In this document: positions 1-8,647 of the stretch, in pieces | Numbering within the stretch: position 1 is the stretch's first letter | How the letters are laid out: each line of letters starts with the position of its first letter | Sequence record: NC_052657.1 | Length of the DNA: 64,000 nucleotides | Source: Escherichia phage muut | Reading direction: 5' to 3' (one strand) | Notes under the pieces: generated by a model | What the model was told of the DNA's origin: nothing | The model's database searches: none | The model's input: the letters and a program-made list of their open reading frames with translations, nothing else | Program-made: the position numbers and the translations under genes

Positions 1-1109
1 AACATTTTTACTCTCTTGCATGATAATCTCCTCTCATCGTTAGTCATCTTTCATGGCAATCATCAATCACCAACATCATACGATCAATCTTAGGGAATTA
101 CAATCGAATTATCATAGGGGATTCCTATCAATTATTCTATATATACCTATTATTTTTAACACACCCCTTTGTACATAATATAGACAAATAAATATCTATG
201 CCACAAAAATTTTCTGGTATACCCGATTTATTTCGACACACCCCCTTTTCATAAGCGTAAAGTCAATAATATCAATAACTTGCCGCAAAATACTGCTCGC
301 TTGCGAGAGGTGCTTAACGCGATTTTCAGCGCCCCGCGATTTTTCCCGACCGTCCCCCTCAAATATCAATGAGAATAATTATCATTTGCATTATCATTCA
401 ATGACTTATAAGACTTTTGATTATTTTCTGAGCAAGAAAGGTACTACTCACAACAAAACAGATAAATTCTAAGTAAATCAATGGCTTGGCAAGTCTAAAC
501 ATCTATATACACCTTGCCAAATGAAATGATCTGGCGTGAAATAGTGCTACCCGTGGAAGATAGCTGATAATGATTATCATTTGCATATTTTCTATACTAT
601 AAAACGCACTAAAAATCAAGATAATTCTGATTTATTGCGCTTTTAAGAAAGTAGGCTCAACAAATAGGCTATAACTATGCTCAACAAATAACAATAATAG
701 TATGAAAAATCATTTATTCAGATATAAATAATTTTGCGCAATAGTAGTAATATTTTTCTTGACAAGAAAGATTTCTTTGTGTTCACATAGCGCCCCCTGG
801 AAGGTGGCGCATTATGATCATCAATGTCATTATTCACCATGTTTATTATTGCATAGCTTATTATTTAGCTTATATTATAGCCAATGTTCTAAACACTAGC
901 TAATAATAACGCACCGCAACAATGTAAGGGATACAATATACCATGTATATTGTTGCGCTTGCAATTGTTGCAAGCTACATAAGCACAAATAATAACTATC
1001 GGTGATGGTTATTATGTGGGGTGTGTAGTTGCGTTATTATTAGCCGCCTATGTGTCCGGCATAGGCTGCTAATGATACGCTTGCGAATTATATTTCTTGT
1101 TATAGTTAT

Positions 1110-1173
1110 TGTATGAAATGATTACCACATGAAATGGTTACTGTATGCAATGATTACTGTATGAAATGATTAG
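1110..1173. repeat. Four tandem ~16-bp direct repeats, (t)gtatgaaatgattac(t)
   Basis: Read directly: tgtatgaaatgattacc / catgaaatggttactg / tatgcaatgattactg / tatgaaatgattag in a non-coding AT-rich region. Confidence 0.6.
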
Positions 1174-1195
1174 TTAGGTAATAAATAGGAAGGTA

Positions 1196-1455
1196 AAGGT
1201 TAGATCATAAATAGATAGGATATGAATTATTTAGTAATGTTACTAACGATTTAATAGTTACTTTGTGCAATAATTCGATAGATTATAGTTATAGTTTTAA
1301 AGGTTAGATAGATTATATTTAGCTTAGTAATGATTTATATTAGTTATTGTTGTTTAATATAAGGTTATCAATGAGATAGTAACAGTAAGTTATAAATAAA
1401 GGTTAGATAATTAGTTTTAATTTAGTTAGATAACTTATTATTTTATAGGTTAGAT
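1196..1455. repeat. Iteron-like dispersed repeat AGGTTAGAT, 4 copies (about 1196, 1301, 1400, 1447)
   Basis: Read directly; spacing about 100, 100 and 47 bp in an AT-rich ORF-free region. Confidence 0.5.
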
Positions 1456-1744
1456 GGTCATAAGTTAAGAATGATTATCATTATTGCATTATGCAGCTTA
1501 TTGCATAAATAATCAGCTATAAATAAGAATGATTATCATTTAAGAGGAAAGACAAGAAAAAGGCTGTTTTTGCCAGATAGTTGCATGAAGAAATTAAAAA
1601 TAAGCGGTCTAAAACACGTTGTAAGCGCCTTATGATCTTCATGGTATGGTTGTTCATCTGCTCCTTGATTAGCTCGATACCGCGATCTATTCACTTTTTT
1701 CGGTGAACGTTTTTGATAGGTAAAAGCTATCATCTTTATTTAGG

Positions 1745-1772
1745 TAAAAAGAAAGGGCGCAATAAGCGCCCT
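1745..1772 (-). terminator. Rho-independent terminator, hairpin GGGCGC-aataa-GCGCCC
   Basis: Perfect 6-bp GC stem followed on the minus strand by TTTCTTTTT, just downstream of the stop of the minus-strand gene ending at 1788. Same stem recurs at 2908 and 7116. Confidence 0.6.
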
Positions 1773-1787
1773 TGTTTGAAATGTTAT

Positions 1788-2171
1788 TTACTGATAAGCA
1801 GGATCGTTTGTTATATCAATCCAATGAGCTAAATTAATTTTATTTTTTGCTTTCATTTTCTCGATCAAACGTTCGGCTAATGTCTCGGAACGAATATAAA
1901 CATAATCGCTAAAATCTTGCCCCGTTTCTTCGTCGATCATTTCCCTATATTCAACCTTGCCGATAAACGCATGATTCAGCGCATAAGTTTTACCCGTGTA
2001 CCAGTTGTGTAAATGAATCTCGCATTTATAATCGTCGCTATAACCTTCGGTTGTTCTAACTTCAACCAAGTCACCTTTAAACACTGATAAGCACCACATA
2101 GGATCATGATCTACAGCGCCGTTAAAATCTTTACCGTTTACAGTCGCTGCCAGGTTGATGATATTGCTCAT
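1788..2171 (-). CDS. Hypothetical early protein (127 aa)
   Basis: ORF with GAGGAA ribosome-binding site upstream of the ATG; terminator immediately downstream. Confidence 0.55.
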   Translation of the reverse strand: MSNIINLAATVNGKDFNGAVDHDPMWCLSVFKGDLVEVRTTEGYSDDYKCEIHLHNWYTGKTYALNHAFIGKVEYREMIDEETGQDFSDYVYIRSETLAERLIEKMKAKNKINLAHWIDITNDPAYQ

Positions 2172-2246
2172 GGTGATTCCTCGTTTACCGTTTAAAATTG
2201 TTTGCCCTACACGATAACTATAAATTAACAGAGGCTATAAAGCAAG

Positions 2247-2477
2247 TTATTTTTCATAGAATTTTTCTACTGTGATATTCTTCCCAGTGGGATTAGCTAC
2301 TTTCAAAATTTTATCATGTACTGGACGCCCAAAAGAATAAGATCCGTATACAGTAAACCAATAATCGCCGTCAGGCTGTACTATTACCGCCGCATATGGT
2401 ACGCCTTTTTCGTTATTGCTGACAGAATAGATCACATTGCCGTTCAGAGCCACAGCGCGTTTAATTTGTTCGATCAT
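2247..2477 (-). CDS. Hypothetical small early protein (start trimmed to internal Met, about 76 aa)
   Basis: The track ORF 2247..2555 runs through the conserved 5-prime hairpin; the Met at 2477 lies just downstream of the hairpin with an AGGAA ribosome-binding site. Confidence 0.45.
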   Translation of the reverse strand: MIEQIKRAVALNGNVIYSVSNNEKGVPYAAVIVQPDGDYWFTVYGSYSFGRPVHDKILKVANPTGKNITVEKFYEK

Positions 2478-2496
2478 GATATGATTCCTATATTGA

Positions 2497-2555
2497 GCGG
2501 GAAACCACTTCCCGCCTACGTGATACATCTTAGTATAAGGGCGATCCGGTGTCAA
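2497..2555 (-). promoter_or_regulatory. Early promoter plus 5-prime stem-loop cassette (-35 TTGACA at 2550-2555, -10 TAAGAT, hairpin GCGGGAA/TTCCCGC at 2497-2515)
   Basis: Minus-strand reading: TTGACA-N17-TAAGAT, then transcript start, then an inverted repeat ahead of the ribosome-binding site. Confidence 0.55.
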
Positions 2556-2900
2556 TAGGTGAGATTGTAAAGATTTGATAGTTTATTTCTTTAATGTTTT
2601 GTTGTTTGATAGGTGGAAGCTATCAATATATAATAAGATCGTCCGGTGATTATCTTCCCCTGCTCCCAGGTGCCGCCCGTTCCATAATAATAATCAAAAG
2701 CAGGATAAAAGGCAAGATAAAAAGCAAATTATTTCCTATGTGCTTTAAACGCTCTAAATAGTTTTATAACAGCTTTTTCATCCTGGCAAGGTGATTAGTC
2801 ATTGTTACCTTGTTTAAGCGGTTATAATCGGTTTTAGGCTGTTTTACGCCACCTTTTACGTTTATTCTTTACGTGTTACTTCCATCGTGAAAAAAGAATA

Positions 2901-2934
2901 CAAAAAAGGGCGCTTAGTGCGCCCCTTTCTTTTA
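2901..2934 (-). terminator. Rho-independent terminator, hairpin GGGCGC-ttagt-GCGCCC
   Basis: GC stem flanked by an A-run and a T-run; downstream of the minus-strand gene ending at 2942. Confidence 0.6.
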
Positions 2935-2941
2935 CCGTGTA

Positions 2942-3331
2942 TTAATATTCGTTATAATACATTGCTAACTTTTCATCAAAAGCCGATTGACGATCTGCAT
3001 ACTCCCAAAACATTTCCTGATCCTGTTGTTCGTCATCGTCCATCATATTAAATTGCGCAACCTCCTGGTAAGTGATCGCCATATTATAACGATAGGTGAT
3101 CTCTTCTGCGATGTTTTCCGGTAAAGATGATTCTACACTGTCTAACAGCATATTTAACATCATTTCAGCCGCTTTTTCATCATTATCAAAGCAGTAAGCA
3201 GACCATGCCGCATGATGTTTATTTTTCATCTTTGCAATCAAGCCGTTGACTAAAAAAGGCGCTACGTTGTTAACGATACCCTGTAAAGATTGAAATTTTT
3301 CAACGTTAGAAACAGAAACCAGGTTGCGCAT
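2942..3331 (-). CDS. Hypothetical early protein (129 aa, start trimmed)
   Basis: The Met at 3331 follows the promoter/hairpin cassette with ribosome-binding site AAAAAGGTAAA; the track start at 3367 lies inside the hairpin. Confidence 0.5.
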   Translation of the reverse strand: MRNLVSVSNVEKFQSLQGIVNNVAPFLVNGLIAKMKNKHHAAWSAYCFDNDEKAAEMMLNMLLDSVESSLPENIAEEITYRYNMAITYQEVAQFNMMDDDEQQDQEMFWEYADRQSAFDEKLAMYYNEY

Positions 3332-3355
3332 AGTATTTACCTTTTTGATTACCTG

Positions 3356-3413
3356 GCGGGAAACCATTTCCCGCCTACGTGGTAAATAGTACCATATTGG
3401 GGATCGGTGTCAA
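3356..3413 (-). promoter_or_regulatory. Early promoter plus 5-prime stem-loop cassette (hairpin GGCGGGAAA-cca-TTTCCCGCC at 3356-3375; -35 TTGACA at 3408-3413)
   Basis: Perfect 9-bp inverted repeat; TTGACA about 17 nt upstream of a -10-like hexamer on the minus strand. Confidence 0.55.
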
Positions 3414-3419
3414 TACTTT

Positions 3420-3806
3420 TTATTCAATATAAATCAAATTATCTTCACCAATGTAAGCATGCACCGATGGCATTAATTTAGCTGCATTTGTTAGGCGGTT
3501 GGCGGTGTTAGTAGTGTATATTTCAGGGCGATCCCAAAAGCCTACGCCGTGACCGTTACGGGTGAAATGTAAGTCATTCCCGATCTGGTTTGCTGTTGCG
3601 CCGTCGCTCATTGCCTCAGAGATAGCAGCATCATTGGCATCACAATAAGCCGCTACGTCATGAATGATCCGCTGATGGGCTTGATCTGAAAAATCATAAT
3701 CGTCTAAGTTATCAATAAAATTACCTTCATGATCCCTAGCTGATTCAGCAAAAATAAAGGCTTCTTTATAACCGTTGATGATTTCAATAATGATTTCTGT
3801 TTTCAT
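3420..3806 (-). CDS. Hypothetical protein (128 aa)
   Basis: ORF; its start overlaps the stop of the upstream gene (ATGA overlap), suggesting translational coupling. Confidence 0.55.
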   Translation of the reverse strand: MKTEIIIEIINGYKEAFIFAESARDHEGNFIDNLDDYDFSDQAHQRIIHDVAAYCDANDAAISEAMSDGATANQIGNDLHFTRNGHGVGFWDRPEIYTTNTANRLTNAAKLMPSVHAYIGEDNLIYIE

Positions 3807-4036
3807 GCTGTACGCTCGACAATAATAATGGTTTGCGGTATCTCGTTTTCTACTACTAACAAGGCTTTTTTCTGTGTGATAGATATTTTAACACGTTGTA
3901 AAGTAGCGGTAAAATCTTTCATTTCATTATGCGCGGATTTAGTGCAATGCCAGATCTCAGGCTTACCTATTTGCAAGCCGCGTAAAAATTCTGTTTTACC
4001 TGTCTTATTCGTGATCATTTGATTCACCTTATCCAA
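3803..4036 (-). CDS. Hypothetical protein (77 aa)
   Basis: ORF in an operon-like arrangement with 3420..3806. Confidence 0.45.
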   Translation of the reverse strand: MDKVNQMITNKTGKTEFLRGLQIGKPEIWHCTKSAHNEMKDFTATLQRVKISITQKKALLVVENEIPQTIIIVERTA

Positions 4037-4151
4037 TACCGTGGGAAGATAGGATCATGTTAGCCATAGTTGCAACCAATCCAACCGACAACGCCAGGCC
4101 AACTATTACAACCGTGAAAATTTTCTCTAACATGATTCTACCCTCATTAAT

Positions 4152-4213
4152 GGGCGTTGCCTTATTGCCCCGCCCTATGTCGTACACTTTACCAGATAAC
4201 CGCGTATTGTCAA
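4152..4213 (-). promoter_or_regulatory. Early promoter (-35 TTGACA at 4208-4213) plus imperfect GC-rich hairpin
   Basis: aaaatagTTTGACA motif shared with the other early promoters; GC-rich inverted repeat gggcg...cgccc. Confidence 0.4.
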
Positions 4214-4214
4214 A

Positions 4215-4409
4215 CTATTTTTTATAAGGGATCAGTAAACTTCTTGCTACCGCTTCACGTAAACCTTCCCTTTTTATCAGGTCTATTGTTGCAGGGTGGC
4301 AAGTAAAAGCCTTTGACCATTTTTGATCACCTGGTTTACGGGCGAAAATGTAAACTTCTCCGTCGATTTCATCCCAACGAGTATTGCTTGTTAGTTTTTT
4401 AAGCGCCAT
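4215..4409 (-). CDS. Hypothetical small early protein (64 aa, start trimmed)
   Basis: The Met at 4409 lies downstream of the hairpin at 4431-4450. Confidence 0.45.
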   Translation of the reverse strand: MALKKLTSNTRWDEIDGEVYIFARKPGDQKWSKAFTCHPATIDLIKREGLREAVARSLLIPYKK

Positions 4410-4430
4410 GCTGATTTCTCTTTTAGTTGT

Positions 4431-4488
4431 GAGCGGCACTATTGCCGCCCTACGAAATACATTCTACCCGATTTATAATTGTTGTCAA
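4431..4488 (-). promoter_or_regulatory. Early promoter plus 5-prime stem-loop cassette (-35 TTGACA 4483-4488, -10 TAGAAT, hairpin GGGCGGCA-atag-TGCCGCTC)
   Basis: Minus-strand TTGACA-N17-TAGAAT followed by an inverted repeat. Confidence 0.55.
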
Positions 4489-4489
4489 A

Positions 4490-4759
4490 CTATTTTTTCA
4501 AGCTCGACCAGTCAAAACACGGGGCGATCTCGTTAAAACTTGTACCCTGTAAAGCACATAATTTTTTAGCAATAGCCGCCGTAACCTGGCGTTGTACGCG
4601 CGGATCTGCTACTGATTGGAGAAAATAGGCGGTTTTATATGTGATCATGCTTTCGCCTGTTTCCTTGTTAACGTGGTGCACGGTTTTAGCCTTATCATCT
4701 TTTACCAGGGTGTAACCGGATTCGATGGCCTTGATTGCAACGTCCAAAGATATTTTCAT
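4490..4759 (-). CDS. Hypothetical early protein (89 aa)
   Basis: ORF with ribosome-binding site AAAGAGGTAAAT; 5-prime hairpin GGCGGGGGA-gtatt-CCCCGCC (plus-strand 4779-4799) upstream. Confidence 0.55.
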   Translation of the reverse strand: MKISLDVAIKAIESGYTLVKDDKAKTVHHVNKETGESMITYKTAYFLQSVADPRVQRQVTAAIAKKLCALQGTSFNEIAPCFDWSSLKK

Positions 4760-4806
4760 GATTTACCTCTTTATTGACGGCGGGGAATACTCCCCCGCCT
4801 TATTAA

Positions 4807-4977
4807 TTACTCTTCATCGTCGCCGTTATAGTATTCAATGCCGTTTTCATCGGTTACGGTGATGTTAACGCCACCAATAGCAACACGATCACGGGCAAAC
4901 GTCATGGCTTCATTTAAATCTTCAGACCAAAAAATATTGTGACCTTTGCGCGATACATAAAACATAGTTGGGATCAT
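4807..4977 (-). CDS. Hypothetical small early protein (56 aa, start trimmed)
   Basis: Internal Met downstream of the hairpin at 4999-5018. Confidence 0.45.
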   Translation of the reverse strand: MIPTMFYVSRKGHNIFWSEDLNEAMTFARDRVAIGGVNITVTDENGIEYYNGDDEE

Positions 4978-4998
4978 GATTTGTTTCTCTTCTGTTAT

Positions 4999-5057
4999 GA
5001 GCGGCACTATTGCCGCCCTATGTGATAAACTTTACTACGTTGTTTGCCTAGTGTCAA
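4999..5057 (-). promoter_or_regulatory. Early promoter plus 5-prime stem-loop cassette (-35 TTGACA 5052-5057)
   Basis: Same hairpin sequence as the 4431 cassette (gagcggcactattgccgcc); TTGACA upstream on the minus strand. Confidence 0.5.
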
Positions 5058-5058
5058 A

Positions 5059-5343
5059 TTATTTTTTAATGTTTTGCCCTACAAAATTAATCACTTCCTT
5101 AAGCTGTTTCTCAGTCATGATCGTGCCTGGCAATTCTTCTTTGATTTCTTCCGGTAGATAGATATTACCGCGCCAGGTTAATAAACAACCGTTTTGATCT
5201 TCGCAGATAGAATAAGAGAAGATCCACTCATTATCATTCTCAAGCTCCCAAAAGCACAAAAAATCTTCTTTCCCCAGGTTTTCAACGGTTAAACATAAGC
5301 CGCGACGTGCTGCATAGTTGGAAAGTGCTTTTGTGATCTTCAT
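5059..5343 (-). CDS. Hypothetical early protein (94 aa)
   Basis: ORF preceded by cassette (hairpin 5363-5384, -35 at 5420-5425, -10 TATATT). Confidence 0.55.
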   Translation of the reverse strand: MKITKALSNYAARRGLCLTVENLGKEDFLCFWELENDNEWIFSYSICEDQNGCLLTWRGNIYLPEEIKEELPGTIMTEKQLKEVINFVGQNIKK

Positions 5344-5362
5344 AGCTTATCTCTTCTTTTAA

Positions 5363-5425
5363 GGCGGGGAAACCATTTCCCCGCTCTATGAGATACAATA
5401 TACTACCCGTTCGGTGTGCTGTCAA
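5363..5425 (-). promoter_or_regulatory. Early promoter plus 5-prime stem-loop cassette
   Basis: GGCGGGGAAA-cca-TTTCCCCGC inverted repeat; TTGACA-N17-TATATT on the minus strand. Confidence 0.55.
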
Positions 5426-5749
5426 TCAATAATCTTCAATATTTTCTACATTGACAAAAGCATGTTTATTTTCTAAGTTTTCGCCGTACCATTGCCCCAT
5501 GTTGATTTCTGCGGTGCGCAACCAGGACATGCCGCGCTCTATCTTTTTACTTGCAATCTCGATCCGGCTTTTGCATAGTGCTTTCGCTTGCAATGTAAAA
5601 ACACTATTGCCCTGTAATGCTTCCAGGTCATCATGTGCAAGGCGATACTCTTTAAAGCCTGATTCTATCATTTCAATCGCATCAAGGAAACGAGCGCGAT
5701 GATAGAAAAAATCAGAGTTATCCAAATAAACACCGATCACAGATTTCAT
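5426..5749 (-). CDS. Hypothetical early protein (107 aa, start trimmed)
   Basis: ORF; internal Met chosen. Confidence 0.45.
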   Translation of the reverse strand: MKSVIGVYLDNSDFFYHRARFLDAIEMIESGFKEYRLAHDDLEALQGNSVFTLQAKALCKSRIEIASKKIERGMSWLRTAEINMGQWYGENLENKHAFVNVENIEDY

Positions 5750-6078
5750 AATTTTACCCTTTTGTTTGCGGCCTTTGCCGTTTTCAAGATATAGTTTAAA
5801 GCATAACAAAAAATTGTCAAGCCTTTAAAGCGTACAACTATAAAACCTATTAAAACACAATGCATAACAACATGGCTATAGTAGCAATACAACATAAAGC
5901 CATGCTTGTTTTCCTTCCTTCCTCGTATGCTGGATTTATTACGCTATATTGTACGGGAATAATTTTCATGCTGTTTCCTTAATGTCTTAAAACGTGGTTT
6001 ACAATAGAAACAAGTATACAGAAGAAAAAAGATCCTGACAATAAGATCCCGAAAAATAAATGTAAATAGGGCATGGTT

Positions 6079-6381
6079 TTACTCCTTAAAAAAATCATTG
6101 ACAATTAAACTGATAACGCCCAGCACCAGATCACCAGGTAGCGCCGCGCTTTCGTTGTTGCTTGTTTGCACTTCCTCACTAGTACCAGCATGATAGATTG
6201 CATGGTAAGCAATAGTACAATAACCTTTCGTTATTTCTTTAAGATTAATGATTAGCACGTTATTTGTTTCATCTTGAAACAATTTAGCGGTGATAGTATT
6301 GTTTTCTTTTACACTATCGACTTTTATTGATGGATCATTTACACCAGAAAAAAGAAAAAACGTTTTAGCTATGCCGTTCAT
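6079..6381 (-). CDS. Hypothetical protein (100 aa)
   Basis: ORF; hydrophobic N-terminus. Confidence 0.45.
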   Translation of the reverse strand: MNGIAKTFFLFSGVNDPSIKVDSVKENNTITAKLFQDETNNVLIINLKEITKGYCTIAYHAIYHAGTSEEVQTSNNESAALPGDLVLGVISLIVNDFFKE

Positions 6382-6428
6382 GTAGTTCTCCTTTGTTGTG
6401 TGTATCTTATAACGTGCTTTCTATGTTG

Positions 6429-6842
6429 TCAATCTTTTATCTCGGTGCATTTTGCTAGGGTATACGTTGCAAGTGCTGACACTAGTTTTTCATTGCTACG
6501 ATCTGCGGCTGTACTGTGTACTTTTTGAATACTTTTTAACCACGGCGTAAAATTTTGAGTAGTCAGCACACTGGTAATAATTTCACATGGCACATCTTCA
6601 TTTAAGCCGTTAACAATAGACTTATCTATTTTTGCCGTTAGTTGTGTAACAGCACCATAAGCGATCATGTGTGAATCCTCCATGATTTCATCGGGGATCG
6701 CATTATTAATAAGCATGACGTTTTCCATTGCATCAACGGCGCTTAATTCTGCTACTGTGGAGGATATCGCCGCGCTAGATGTTCCAACCATGCCAAAATA
6801 GATTAAACCAGCGATCAATAAGTTTTTCATTTCTTGCCTCAT
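6429..6842 (-). CDS. Hypothetical secreted/periplasmic protein (signal-peptide-like N-terminus)
   Basis: N-terminus MKNLLIAGLIYFGMVGTSSA resembles a Sec signal peptide. Confidence 0.55.
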   Translation of the reverse strand: MRQEMKNLLIAGLIYFGMVGTSSAAISSTVAELSAVDAMENVMLINNAIPDEIMEDSHMIAYGAVTQLTAKIDKSIVNGLNEDVPCEIITSVLTTQNFTPWLKSIQKVHSTAADRSNEKLVSALATYTLAKCTEIKD

Positions 6843-7021
6843 ATATGTTTTATTGAGATTATATTGTCACTATATACAACGTTTTTCAACGTGTCAATAA
6901 AAATCTTATTGCCTTCAATCCCCAGGATCACGCCGCTAGTTATGAAGCCATATTGATCACGATATCGGGCGCATAACCTTTGCCCCTGGGCTAGTGCCTT
7001 GCTTATTTCGTCTAATTTCAT
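6839..7021 (-). CDS. Hypothetical small protein (60 aa)
   Basis: ORF overlapping the start of 6429..6842 by 4 nt. Confidence 0.45.
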   Translation of the reverse strand: MKLDEISKALAQGQRLCARYRDQYGFITSGVILGIEGNKIFIDTLKNVVYSDNIISIKHI

Positions 7022-7111
7022 TTTTAAAGCTCCTGTAAAGCTGTCTAACGTGGTTTATAGGCTTATCCTGGCGTTACCATTGCCTATGGGTAACAAGCCT
7101 CTATATAAGCT

Positions 7112-7139
7112 AAAAGGGCGCTTATTGCGCCCTTTTTTG
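7112..7139. terminator. Bidirectional rho-independent terminator, hairpin GGGCGC-ttatt-GCGCCC
   Basis: GC stem flanked by AAAA and TTTTTT. Confidence 0.6.
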
Positions 7140-7140
7140 T

Positions 7141-7278
7141 TATTCGTTCCAGTATCTTTTTGTGCTGCGATCTCTTTTTGTTTTGTTCCGCTTATCGCCT
7201 TTTTTGGTGATCTCTTCGTTCCAATTTTTACGCGCCTTGCTGCGGTTGAATTTTTCGATCTGCTGTGATGCGTTCATG
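7141..7278 (-). CDS. Possible small basic protein (45 aa)
   Basis: Hand-translated MNASQQIEKFNRSKARKNWNEEITKKGDKRNKTKRDRSTKRYWNE; ribosome-binding site AAAGGAAAA; terminator just downstream. Below the ORF-track cutoff. Confidence 0.3.
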
Positions 7279-7292
7279 TTTTTTCCTTTTAA

Positions 7293-7652
7293 TCACGCCA
7301 CGTTATGCTGTTTTGCCAGGGTTACGATCATGCTTGCAATATATAACCAATAATTTTCCCGCTCACGGGTAACGGTTGTTTCTCTGCTTGTTTCTTTTAT
7401 GTACTTCCATTCAATTAACAAGTGATCGATCTCGTTATAATCAAAAGCAATATTGATTTCTGACGGTAAACCTTGTAACCAGGAGGCTATCGCCTTGATC
7501 ATGTTATGATTGTAACGTTTTTGATTATCGGGATACCAGTATTCAGAATTAAAACGGCGCATCAGTTCGGTGATTTTTTCTTTTTCGGTTGTAGTACCAT
7601 CAAAAGAAATAGCCGACAAAATGTAAGTTTTAATTGCTTTTGCTGATTTCAT
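7293..7652 (-). CDS. Hypothetical early protein (119 aa)
   Basis: ORF preceded by hairpin 7673-7693 and -35 TTGACA at 7726-7731. Confidence 0.55.
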   Translation of the reverse strand: MKSAKAIKTYILSAISFDGTTTEKEKITELMRRFNSEYWYPDNQKRYNHNMIKAIASWLQGLPSEINIAFDYNEIDHLLIEWKYIKETSRETTVTRERENYWLYIASMIVTLAKQHNVA

Positions 7653-7672
7653 AATCTTATCTCTTTATTGAT

Positions 7673-7731
7673 GGCGGGAAACCATTTCCCGCCGTTGTTG
7701 TTACTTTACTTATAAATGATGCTACTGTCAA
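7673..7731 (-). promoter_or_regulatory. Early promoter plus 5-prime stem-loop cassette
   Basis: GGCGGGAAA-cca-TTTCCCGCC perfect inverted repeat with TTGACA upstream. Confidence 0.55.
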
Positions 7732-7738
7732 GCGAATA

Positions 7739-7909
7739 TTATTTATTTTTTAACGTTAATGTTCCCAGCTTATCAGCGTGACGCAGACCAGGAAAGATCC
7801 ATTTTCCTGATTCATCTTTCACCGGGGCTTTAAGCGTAGCGCCCAGGTTGGCGGCGTTAACTTTACGTGCAACGTTGCGAGCGGCTTCACGGGTGGCGAA
7901 AGTGATCAT
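7739..7909 (-). CDS. Possible small protein (56 aa)
   Basis: Hand-translated ORF with ribosome-binding site AGAGGAAAC, downstream of hairpin 7933-7954. Below the track cutoff. Confidence 0.3.
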   Translation of the reverse strand: MITFATREAARNVARKVNAANLGATLKAPVKDESGKWIFPGLRHADKLGTLTLKNK

Positions 7910-7932
7910 GATGTTTCCTCTTCTCTTTGTTA

Positions 7933-7993
7933 GGCGGTGGGCTATTCCACCGCCTTAATGAATATAGTTTACTGATTTTAGTTATCTTGTCAA
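7933..7993 (-). promoter_or_regulatory. Early promoter plus 5-prime stem-loop cassette
   Basis: Hairpin GGCGGTGG-aatagc-CCACCGCC; TTGACA at 7988-7993. Confidence 0.5.
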
Positions 7994-8001
7994 GATTATT
8001 T

Positions 8002-8229
8002 TTAGTTTAATCCATCCAGGCACAACAAGCGATCAACGTTTAGATCGGTTAGGCTAATCGTTGGCACCTGGTAGGATTCGATGTACTCAACGCTCGACCA
8101 TTGCCCAAAGTTAGCGACCGCCCAGCTATTCAAGGAGGAGTGAAGATCATCCCCTTTCTTCTCTGTGATAACTGCTACTACCTGAGAGATTCCAACCGTA
8201 CCGGATACGCGAACAATAACGATAGCCAT
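8002..8229 (-). CDS. Hypothetical small early protein (75 aa)
   Basis: ORF preceded by cassette 8252-8312. Confidence 0.5.
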   Translation of the reverse strand: MAIVIVRVSGTVGISQVVAVITEKKGDDLHSSLNSWAVANFGQWSSVEYIESYQVPTISLTDLNVDRLLCLDGLN

Positions 8230-8251
8230 AATGATAACCTTTCTTTGATTT

Positions 8252-8312
8252 GGCGGGAAACCATTTCCCCGCCTTATGTGATAAACTATACCAGATTAAA
8301 AAACGTTGTCAA
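8252..8312 (-). promoter_or_regulatory. Early promoter plus 5-prime stem-loop cassette
   Basis: GGCGGGGAAA-tgg-TTTCCCGCC; TTGACA at 8307-8312. Confidence 0.5.
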
Positions 8313-8321
8313 CTGCTTTTA

Positions 8322-8561
8322 TTACATTCCTACCATAGCGGCGCGGATACTGGTTTTACTGAATTTATAGCCATCTGGCGTAGTATTTTCGCCCATTTCG
8401 TTAAGTAGTGACATCATTTCACGCGCGGCGTTATCTTTATTGTTGTTCACGGCTATAAATTCTTTTGCCATATTATAAAAACCTGGATCGTTATTAATCC
8501 AAAGGCTTACATTCCAATGAGTTTTATTTTTGTGACCGTTGTACATTTTAGATTTAGCCAT
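8322..8561 (-). CDS. Hypothetical small early protein (79 aa)
   Basis: ORF preceded by cassette 8586-8644. Confidence 0.5.
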   Translation of the reverse strand: MAKSKMYNGHKNKTHWNVSLWINNDPGFYNMAKEFIAVNNNKDNAAREMMSLLNEMGENTTPDGYKFSKTSIRAAMVGM

Positions 8562-8585
8562 GATGTTAATCTCTTTTTCAGTGAG

Positions 8586-8644
8586 GCGGGAACTATTCCC
8601 GCTCTCGATGTAAACTATTATACAGTACTAAGATACTTTGTCAA
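8586..8644 (-). promoter_or_regulatory. Early promoter plus 5-prime stem-loop cassette
   Basis: GCGGGAA-tag-TTCCCGC; TTGACA at 8639-8644. Confidence 0.5.
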
Positions 8645-8647
8645 TAC

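Larger units (their letters stand above)
366..1545. repeat. Four Fur-box-like palindromic motifs (core AATGATTATCATT) at about 371-389, 566-583, 1467-1487 and 1526-1545
   Basis: Read directly: gagaataattatcatttgc, gataatgattatcatttg, aagaatgattatcattattgc, aagaatgattatcatttaag. Core matches the E. coli Fur box half-sites (GATAATGATAATCATTATC) at 12 of 13 positions. Confidence 0.5.

Noticed and set aside
1536-1733. 65-aa minus-strand ORF at the edge of the AT-rich non-coding region
   Set aside because: Weak ribosome-binding site, overlaps a Fur-like box, and lies downstream of a terminator without its own promoter; likely spurious.
5451-5702. 83-aa plus-strand ORF
   Set aside because: Lies entirely antisense within the better-supported minus-strand gene 5426..5749; shadow ORF.
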